Shown here one piece after another: positions 37,117-46,231 of a stretch of DNA of 46,231 bases. A model generated the notes under the pieces. That model ran no database searches and had not been told where the DNA came from. It was given only the letters and a program-made list of their open reading frames with translations. The DNA lies in the NCBI GenBank assembly GCA_910592345.1, contig CAJVPI010000174.1, forward strand, positions 1 through 46,231, in the 5' to 3' direction. Within the stretch, counting starts at the first letter, position 1. Each line of letters opens with the position of its first letter. Both the position numbers and the translations under genes were made by a program. This DNA comes from Paraglomus brasilianum (Eukaryota).

Positions 37117-38965
37117 ATGTCTTTGATTATCGTTCCTTGTTTTTTACTTGCAATTATAATTCTCAGCGCGAATTTGCTACTCAGACGAAAAAAGCTGGTA
37201 ATTCATAGAAGACATTTTCAATCAGGTCGGCAAACATAATACAAGAGCAATCCAGCTAATAATTCTTTATCGTGTATAGAATGAACCACCGGTAGTTCCA
37301 CACATAATCCCACTCCTTGGGCACACGATCGAATATATGAATAATCCGGAAGGACTTTTAAGACGTTGTCGAGAGAAGTATGGGGAAATCTTCACGATCT
37401 ATATCTTCGGTGCATTACACACCGTTGTCGGAGAATGCTACTCTCCTGAAATATTCAAGTCACCTCACATGAGTTTCGTAAATGCATTGGAAGAGGTATG
37501 AACAGTCAGCACGATGATTGTCAAGATGGCGACGTCATGTCACTCACCACGCAATCTTTTTTCTTGCGTACAAACAGAAACTTCCTCTCGCTCATATCAC
37601 CAATGTAGTGCAAGACCCAGATTATGCAGAACTCGGCGCAAGATTAGTCAGTAAATGCATCTCTGGTCGAATGGAAGTCTATCAGCATCGCGTTTTCGCT
37701 GAACTACAAGAAGCAAGCAAGAAGCTTATCGGAGAGTGTAAGCAGCCCAAACTCATAAACGAGATGTTACCACTCGTACACGAATGCATGTCTAGAGCCA
37801 TTGCCGACATTTTTGTTGGAGAGGTACGTATCTGTAAAGGATATCGGGATAAAAAATGTGTTAATGATCGCAGAGGACATATGGTTGTATATATCGCTTC
37901 GTAAATAACACAAACACTTGTGAACATTTAACTAGGAATTGGCAAGAGACGAAGAAGTTGTAAACACTTTCCGCACATTCACGCGTGACGTTACGGACAG
38001 CACATTATCCAATGCATTGCTTACGTTTATACATCCGAAACTATACATGAACGAGATCTTGTACGTACTACTATGCTTTGAAAGACATCGGTGACCACTC
38101 TCGAAAAAACTTTTCCTAATCAGTACACTCTGTTACCTTTAGATTCCGCTTCAAGTTTGGCTCCAACCCCGCCACAAGGCACAAGTCGCTCCTCATTCGA
38201 AAAATTCGCCATATTGCTGCCAAGCGCTTAGAACAAGAAGCCCTCCTCGGTTCATCGTACTCCCGTCCCGATGACTTGCTCCAGGATCTTCTCGAGCACC
38301 CTCGGAACGACAAAGCAGACCCGAAATACGAATGGATGGTCTCCCAAATGATATTTCTTATCTGGGCAGGAATACACTCGACTACTCGAAGTGCTATGGA
38401 TTGTTTGTTTGATTATGCCGGCAGATCGGAATACTGGGATGAATTGGTCGAGGAACAGCGGACGGTTTTGAATACGAGTGATTGGAAAGAACGAAGCGTC
38501 ACGGTGGAGGAATTGGCAAAGATGGAGAAATTGGATAGCTTTTTAAGAGAATCAATGAGACTTGAAGATCTTTACATTGATTTGGATCATCGAGTAATGT
38601 CGCCAACATTTAAATTTAGTAATGGTCTCGAATTACCGGAAGGCCGCCACGTTGTGATAAATTTCCACGAACTCAATGCTTCCTCGTCCTTGAATGGTGC
38701 TAAACCGAACACATTCAACGGTTTCCGCTACGTCAACAAATCCTCGCCGGCACATAAAGTTACCCGTGACTTCCTTCACTTTGGACTTGGTCGACATGCT
38801 TGTCCAGGCCGTGTCATGTCCGTAGTTGTAATGAAGATGTTCATGTCGTTGATTATCCGGAAGTATGATGTTGTGACGCAAAGTGGAACTCGACCGAAGA
38901 ATTTGTTTGTCAAGGGACTTCCGGCTCCATGTAATGAGCCTTTAATATTCACAAATAAGGTGTAA
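37117..38965 (+). CDS. Cytochrome P450 monooxygenase (family unassigned)
   Basis: N-terminal anchor MSLIIVPCFLLAIIILS, PPVVPHIIPLLGH...KYGEIFTI, I-helix WAGIHSTT, ExxR ESMR, heme motif FGLGRHACPGR; GT-AG introns. Confidence 0.93.
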
Positions 38966-39329
38966 TGGGGTTAATATCGGGTGGTTATGAACATTTTTGA
39001 TTGGAAGTGTGTATTATATAATACAATCACTACTGCTATCCACCATTCATATATCTGTATATTTTATAATACTTTGTTAATAGTGTGATTCCTTCTGTTG
39101 TACATTCTCTCTTTAGTTACAGCGTATTGTTTTTAATTTCTCTGGAAAAGGTTTTATACAAAAGTTAAATAAGAATAAAAAGGGGAATTGTCCAATTAAT
39201 ATAGCCGTCAGTGTCTGTATGGTCTTCAGTCATTTTGATGCCAAGAAAACGGATTCCATGAAAGTACTGCTTTCTCACCATTCGTGCCTTTAAAAAGATA
39301 TCGCATATACTTGAATAGTTGGTCGAGAT

Positions 39330-40793
39330 TTATGTCCAATCTTGAAAACATATATACTTGCCTTGGCTGATTCCATGATGTCGCAAAATAGTGAAATGGG
39401 CAGCATCCCACCAATTCTTATACACGATAATGCTGAACGACTGTCCGAATTCTTTCCTCCTTGTAATGAAATGATCAAGAGCCGACGCTGAAGGCACGCT
39501 CTCAGGAGGCAGATCAAATATCCACTCTTTGATCTTTCTTCCTCCGCATCTTCCAACATGTTCATAGAGCTCTGATGTTGCTGACCCCCTATCATTACAC
39601 TTGATAGTTACCGAAACGAGCTGATGACATTTCCTCAGAATATAAAGAATAGGTTCAATACACATTGATGTTATCGGAAATTCGATTTGATGAAGTCTTT
39701 CTTTATAAATTGAGATAGCATTAGCTAGTGGCATAAGATTTCCGCGATACACGAAATGTGGTAATTCTATATTGATACATCTCAGTGGAGCCTTTATCCT
39801 TGATAATATAATAGTCAATGGAGAAAGCGAATCATTTGTTACTACGCATGTAATCTTACTAAGTTTAGGAAAGGATTGATCTATGAGTGGAAGTAACTGG
39901 GTTTCAATGTCATGACCGTAACACTTATAGTCCGAGGGAAGGAAAAGAGTTTGAATGTTTGGGCATTGTAAAATAAGTTCCGCAGGAATCGGATAGCAAT
40001 TGCATTTCAGGGTCGTCATTGATTTTAGTTGCTGATTGACATTTAATGCATCTTCGGCAAAGAACCCTGTAAGTTCCAACACCTGAAGATTCCGTTGTGA
40101 TTCTATAAATGACAAGAGAGTTTCAGTATTCATTTTATTTTTAGGGACTTGCTTGTGACCTTGTATCATTAATTTCTGTATTTCTTTAGAATTTTGTGCA
40201 AGGTGAGTAATACTTTCTTCTGGCATACGATAGTCGATAGAGAGTTGTTCAAGTTTTACAAGAGAAGTGCATACGCTGGGTATTGACACAAAATATGAGC
40301 TATGAGCAGGCATTATGAGCCGTTGAATTCCCTGGCTCCGAGAAAACAACAATTCAAATATTCCTTGTAATAATGTTAATAATGATTCACCCAACGAAGA
40401 CGATACCAGATACTTGGATACAAAACTTAATGCTAGACGTTGTATAACGGGACAGTCCAGCTCCTCCAAGAACCGCGGATAATCGAAAGTTGCTCTTTCG
40501 ATCAGCATTGATTGTGCGAAATCATTGACACAAATACTTTGTTTGATGTTGTAAGGAAGACATTTGTAATAAGCGTATATCAGCGATGCCTTTCTGGATG
40601 TAAGTTGCTCTGCCGTGAATTTACCGCAGCTTTCATCTTCTTGTAATAATCTTAGTGGTCGTCGCCAGAGTACAGGAACGGTGTTAGCGCACCAATGCTT
40701 GTTTACTAGCAGACAGGGAACAAGAACTCGTATATTTCCACCCATTTCATTAAAAATCTGATGTAAACATTCTGTCGGTAAATCAGTTGCCAT
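39330..40793 (-). CDS. F-box plus RNI-like LRR protein
   Basis: MATDLPTECLHQIF...PCLLVNKHWCANTVPVLWRRP, TFDYPRFLEEL, FIESQRNLQVL; architecture typical of the expanded Glomeromycotina F-box family. Confidence 0.85.
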   Translation of the reverse strand: MATDLPTECLHQIFNEMGGNIRVLVPCLLVNKHWCANTVPVLWRRPLRLLQEDESCGKFTAEQLTSRKASLIYAYYKCLPYNIKQSICVNDFAQSMLIERATFDYPRFLEELDCPVIQRLALSFVSKYLVSSSLGESLLTLLQGIFELLFSRSQGIQRLIMPAHSSYFVSIPSVCTSLVKLEQLSIDYRMPEESITHLAQNSKEIQKLMIQGHKQVPKNKMNTETLLSFIESQRNLQVLELTGFFAEDALNVNQQLKSMTTLKCNCYPIPAELILQCPNIQTLFLPSDYKCYGHDIETQLLPLIDQSFPKLSKITCVVTNDSLSPLTIILSRIKAPLRCINIELPHFVYRGNLMPLANAISIYKERLHQIEFPITSMCIEPILYILRKCHQLVSVTIKCNDRGSATSELYEHVGRCGGRKIKEWIFDLPPESVPSASALDHFITRRKEFGQSFSIIVYKNWWDAAHFTILRHHGISQGKYICFQDWT

Positions 40794-42207
40794 TGCGACC
40801 ACTGGTTTGCAACCGCAAAACCAGATAGTAATAGAATTTGTTAGCTTTTAGCATCACGGGTTCTCGGTAGTGCAGATTTACAGTGATCATTTGACTTCTA
40901 TAAAAGAGAAAGATAATCGCCGACGCGAAGCTTATTGTACCCATATATGATAAACTATTTGAGCGTGGAAGCCAGGGAACTGAGCACAATATATTTAAAT
41001 CTGTTGATTTGCCCGACTAACTTAATACAACTCTATAATAGACATTTCCTTCAAAATTCTAATAGCTTGGGTAATCTATAATCAAAGCTCTTAGTCGGAA
41101 ATATATTGATATATGATATTCCCTTATAAAAATACATAACCACCATTGTCATGTGAAATATTGCTCCAACTCTGGACTTAATAATAATAATAAAGGATTC
41201 CTGAAACATTGTTCAGCATCAGTAAACCACATATGCAGATATAGTAATAGTAAGGCACATGTAATAAGCATTGTACATAGTTAGCTACAATCCTGCCCAA
41301 CTCTTCATAGACTTTTAGCCTATTTCCCGCCACCTGTCTCTGACACATTTAGCGGGTGTGGTGATATGGCCATACAAATATTAGATTAATACGATGCATT
41401 ATTTCGATTCCTGCAACCAAAGCTAGATTTCTAGCATTTGATCATAGTAAACTCTAAACAATATACCAAATATGATAAATGGGACGTATTCGGTAGTACG
41501 CACGCGACCCGACACATGAAATGCAAACGCGCCATCAATTTCGTTGTGGCGATATTTAGTAAGAAAAGTTTCTAGAGTGCCAATAACATAACATTCTTTC
41601 GGGATGAGAAAACTTTGGTTTCTTTATATACCAAAACCGGGAAGTTCACCCCCCAAACCTGGCATTCGGACACCCAAAATAGAGATTGTTGATTTGGGAC
41701 TTTCTGCTTCATTATGTTATGTGGCGATAACAATTCTTGTACCGTTATCACAGTGGTCTGAGAACTGTAACGGAACAATAAAGGTCTTTACTATCAATCG
41801 CTTGACTCGCCAGGAATTCCTTAATATAATAATAACATCCGTATGAATTTATTTGATATTTGTCTAAAAAGCACCTCCCGGGCGCTGGCATCCTACACTG
41901 CTGATAAATAGATTCGTTACCTTCTGCGGGATATTCAATGAACCTACCAGCAGTATGAGGACATATATGATTTTCACAAGATACATTTTCAATACGGTAA
42001 ATAATATTTATTAACAATCTCTCCAGGGCGATGCGGCCGATCGCGATACTTATGATCCCTTGGAGAAGTCGCAGTCTTCCGTTGACACCACTCGTTCCAG
42101 CCGACTCGTTCTGCGATCGTCTTGTACATTCGGGGCTGCTACTCTGTTTTATGTTATTACCAACCAGATGCATACTTCGAGTTATCTTTTGATAAACGGG
42201 GGGCGTT

Positions 42208-43370
42208 TTACGTTTCATTTGCCTCATCGTCACTTCCCGGCCCAAGAAAATTTTCTAATGCATCTTGATCTTCTTGAGTGAATAAGTCTATACTTTCCAA
42301 GCTAGTTAATTTGTCTTCTTCCCGGCTGCCTGCAGATAGTCCTAATATAGTTCATATTTGTTAGCATATATATCCAAACAAAGAACGATCGTTCATGGTA
42401 AACTCACCATTAAACGACCAGGAAGTTCCCATACGTTTTTTATAACTTTCCATCTGGGCCTCGAATTCACTTTGCGCTCTTTCAACTCTGCAGTAAAATA
42501 GGATATTAGAGATAATAAACAAAAACAAATCAATTGCAAAGAGATTGTATGACAATATTTACTTCTTGTTTCTTTCTTCGTCAGAAACACACTTGTTTAT
42601 CATCGTGTCCAGCTCTCGCAATCTATCTTTTAAACGAACTATACGTAGAAATGTAACTATACCACTTCGCTACTCATAAAACGAAATGTCATTACGAGAA
42701 TATCCAAATGTGTTATGCTACCTGCCATGTCTGTAGTCTCTTCTATCATCGCTTTGACTTTGGGAAGTTGTCTTGCCTCTGATTGTAATTGTTGACATGT
42801 CTCGAAATGTTCCTCACACGCCTTGAGAATCCTCCATACTTGTTCGTCCGCCATCTATTCATAATATATTTTCGCCAGTAGATGTAAGCATTCGAGCATG
42901 CACAAAAAACCCACTTATGAACGCTTACAGCGGCTTTTTTAAAGTTCTCCTCATTATGGGCTCGGATGGCCTCCCATTCTGCCCTATATCTAAATCATAA
43001 AGCGAATTAGAGATGAGTAGACTAAAGTCGTCGATTAGCCTTCGAAATACCTCGCAGCAAGTGCTTCAGTGGCTGGCAAATCAAGACTTTGCAAAAACGT
43101 TGGGCGACTGCTTTACGAGAATGCAGGAACCAAAGTTATACGTTTGATTACTGAGAAAACAAACGCCAGGAAGTTCACTGATTTGATAATAGTTCAAACC
43201 TTACTGGCGTTGTACTCAATAGCCCTGTCAACCTGGAAATTGTTCTTGTTAGTATATTTACAGAGTATGACTGCGATGATAATATAAACCAATTCATACC
43301 CACTCCCATCTATAATATCTTTCAAATTCAACGACGCGCCCAACCGCTTGAAGTGCGAAAACATCTCCAT
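42208..43370 (-). CDS. Dysbindin-like coiled-coil protein (candidate BLOC-1 subunit), 202 aa
   Basis: Eight exons with GT-AG introns and consistent phases: 43370-43300, 43232-43200, 43110-43051, 42989-42929, 42854-42722, 42638-42563, 42487-42435, 42329-42208. Motifs LAARYRAEWEAIRAHNEEN, ARQLPKV, FEAQMESYKK, LESIDLFTQEDQDALENFLG. Confidence 0.75.
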
Positions 43371-44244
43371 AGTGAACGAAATTGTGCAGATCGGGGAATG
43401 GGAGAGATTAATTATATTTATATATTAAATATGTCGATCTTTAGATGGAGGATAAACAAGCTTGAGAACAGCGTATAAGACGTCTCCCCTTTTGGTGACA
43501 AGGTACCATCATAGAAGGCTGGAAAATATACTCTTCAGAAGCCTTGCCCTGCATCCGGGAGCAGTGAGAATAGCAATGAATAAATAAAGGAAGGAAAGAC
43601 AGTAGAGTAAAGAAAAAAGTCATCGTGAACGGCAGAGTTTGGAGCAATGAACCCATTTACCGTGCCCAACTCGATGGCCTAAGCGAATTAGTCGAATGGG
43701 TGCTTCTCATAGATTAAATAAACAACATTATCTGAGATGCATCATGAATTTAACAAAATGCTTGACTTGATATCGAGCGCACATGTTGTATTTTATGACA
43801 AGCCAGGTAAAAGTAAATAACATTCGATTTAACAATTACTCGCCCTTGCAGCCTTGTCAAGATTTGCACTTGTGACAATGAGCAAAAATATAAATGGTTT
43901 TCCCTCAATTTCCATGCAGACATTTCGACAAGCTTTCAAAGGTTCTCAACAGCACATTCGAAGAGGAAGACATCAAATTTCATATATACTCTATTACGAG
44001 ACGTATTGTTCGAATAAACGATCGTAATTTATATAGTTTTCATGTTGTAATACAAGTATTCTTCAATTGCATGAAATAATAGCCTTATTCAGTAAACAAT
44101 AGAATATACTCACTGACTTGAATGTAAAAAGATAACCAGGGCCTAACAAATTTGTCAAAAATTTAATTGTTATGGCAATTATACTGTAATATCACGCCAT
44201 TATTTTGCGGCACGAGCCCTAATTTTTTCATCGCGTCACGCGTG

Positions 44245-44279
44245 CAGCACAGCACAGCACAGCACAGCACAGCACAGCA
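44245..44279. repeat. (CAGCA)7 microsatellite
   Basis: Seven perfect pentamer copies read directly. Confidence 0.95.
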
Positions 44280-45994
44280 TACTTTGAACATGGAGCAGAA
44301 TAACTAGTCAGAAATTAAGTTTTCTGGCTATTTTTTAGATTACTGGCCTCGGGATTCTCAATCTTGAGGAAACGCTTATGACCGGGAATTAAGAGCAACA
44401 AGATTCTTGGACAATCACGAAATACAGCTGTCACGCGGCTCTGACGGAACCTATGATGGGTGACTAACAAACGATCAGCGAGCCCCATGACATCGATGGC
44501 GTGTGTTCGTTTTTGCGTTACTCATTAGCTCGCTTTATCACATGCCCCTTTCTACAATTTGTATAATGTCTCTGAACTTAACTTCGTATTAGCTAGCTGT
44601 GGAGAAAACATATGATACACAAGGCCTTGAATCATTAGAGGTTGCTGGGTTCTTTCAGAAGAAGCGAAAAGTGTAAATTCAAGAAAACGCAAACTACAAA
44701 CTGTACACGAGTCTGACAGAGTAAATCATAGTAACCTTAGCCATTTGGGTCAGAGCTCAGATAAAGATTTGGTGCAAACAACCACTAAAGATTAATTGCT
44801 TTGATCTACCATCTTATATTGATGAGAAAGGGATTAAATAATTGTTGAACTCGTTTCTGAATTAGAACTATGAAATGGTTTTCTTTACTTGTTTTTATAT
44901 TGTGCAATTTCAAGTTTTACAACGTAGTTATTAATATATAAAAGTGAAATTTGGGGTCTTCTTGGGTCCTCTTTTAATGCCACTGAAACCCACATATACT
45001 CTTCTATTAACAAAAGTTACCCCAAATCCTAACTCAAATGCCTAAAAAATTACTGCCAAAAAATTTTAAATTTTTACATTAATTTATTAAAGTATCAATC
45101 AGACATGAGACAAAAAGGAGAAACAAAACAATAACAAAGATGACGACACGATCTTTCTCAATAAACGGCGGTTGTTCCATCGAACTACTACGTTCGGTAC
45201 AAAGTTTTCTTTAATTAAAGCTTTCTCCATCGTAACGGAAGTTTAACAGTAAAACCAGCTTCCATAATGCTAATCTTCTTTTATTGATCATCTTTTCCTG
45301 ACTCATAGTAAGTAAGCTTCGAAACCCCCGTTGGAACTGTTGTGCGATAGTATCTTATTATTTTGTAATTGTTGTCTAGCTAGATTTTTTTACCGTGATT
45401 ATGAGGAGCAAGCTCTTTATTTACAATTGGGATTTTTACTAATTTATTATTCTGCTCATCATGACACGCTATATTAATGTTTCGTTTAGACAACTGATGA
45501 AGTTAGTTTTTTATTACATATAAAAATGTATAAAATACGAACGTGCAATACTTTTGCCCCTCCCCCACTAGATATTTATTTGAGAACAAGAGTTAGAAAC
45601 CTCATTTTTTGTTTGAACCGTGAAGACATGAAAGCCTTGCTTCTGACAGCTTGCATACTAATTTTAAACTGCGCTTTTATTTCAAAGCCAATTATAATTA
45701 GGCTAATAATAATACATGATAATGATAAGAATTTGTGCGTCAAATGAAAATTCGAAATATTCTTAATTTGTGCTACTCTAATTTCAGTAGCACAAAGTCA
45801 TCCGAATATTAATATTAATATAGACCCTCCCTCATTTATTGCACGCCTGTCTTTAGATAGAGTTAAAATGAGCTTTAACATGTATATGTAGCTCAGCAAT
45901 AAAGTTGTACTTATTGAATATTAATATAGACTCTAATTCTTCTTTTGTCATGCCTCTTTCTTTTTCGATTAACATTACTCTGGCTATTTTTTCT

Positions 45995-46231
45995 TTGCTT
46001 TCTTCTTTGAGATTAATTACTTCTTGGATTTCTATTGGTTTTCCGTGATTTTTCGTTTTGCTTTCTTTGAGATTAATTACTTCTTGGATTTCTAATGGTT
46101 TTCCGTGATTTTTCGTTTTGCTTTCTTTGAGATTAATTACTTCTTGGATTCTAATGGTTTTCCGTGATTTTTCGTTTTGCTTTCTTTGAGATTAATTACT
46201 TCTTGGATTTCTAATGGTTTTCCGTGATTTT
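45995..46231. repeat. 60-bp tandem repeat, about four copies, running off the window end
   Basis: Unit GAGATTAATTACTTCTTGGATTTCTAATGGTTTTCCGTGATTTTTCGTTTTGCTTTCTTT starts at 46009, 46069, 46129 and 46188; one substitution and one 1-nt deletion among copies. Confidence 0.95.

Noticed and set aside
36771..37208. 145-aa plus-strand ORF upstream of the P450
   Set aside because: GTG start, low-complexity Asn/Ile content, and overlap with P450 exon 1 in another frame; likely spurious.
37117..38965. Calling the P450 CYP51
   Set aside because: The N-terminus resembles CYP51, but AGIHST and FGLGRHACPG differ from CYP51 AGQHTS and FGxGRHRCIG.
33136..40793. Biosynthetic gene cluster around the P450
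   Set aside because: No backbone enzyme (PKS, NRPS, terpene synthase) or tailoring neighbours in the window.
41748..42245. 165-aa minus-strand ORF
   Set aside because: Out of frame with the dysbindin last exon, no motif; treated as chance.
44300..45760. Degenerate coding-like stretches on both strands
   Set aside because: Interrupted by stops, with no identifiable domain.
45995..46231. CRISPR array or telomere
   Set aside because: Head-to-tail units with no unique spacers, no cas genes and no TTAGGG motif.

Overview
AT-rich eukaryotic (fungal) genomic DNA with short spliceosomal introns, most likely an arbuscular mycorrhizal fungus (Glomeromycotina). This is inferred from the TKL kinase family, the F-box/LRR gene, the dual hybrid histidine kinase and the transposon remnants. 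Reconstructed genes, left to right: frameshifted TKL kinase (-), Avt1-like amino acid transporter (+), dual hybrid histidine kinase (+), XRCC3/Rad57 (+), ELP4 (-), five-repeat Myb protein (+), membrane-anchored cupredoxin (-), FAR1/MULE-derived zinc-finger protein (-), cytochrome P450 (+), F-box/LRR (-), and an 8-exon dysbindin-like gene (-) that the ORF track shows only as fragments. Intergenic DNA holds transposase remnants, a Tc1/pogo-type MITE, a nuclease-kinase pseudogene and tandem repeats. The most notable signals are: (1) two decayed intronless ORFs that read best with UGA=Trp and resemble proteins of Mollicutes-related endobacteria, suggesting endosymbiont DNA in the fungal chromosome; (2) an AT-AC U12-type minor intron in ELP4; (3) an animal-like dysbindin; (4) two sharply bounded CpG-free patches. 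All calls come from manual reading and translation; no database searches were run.
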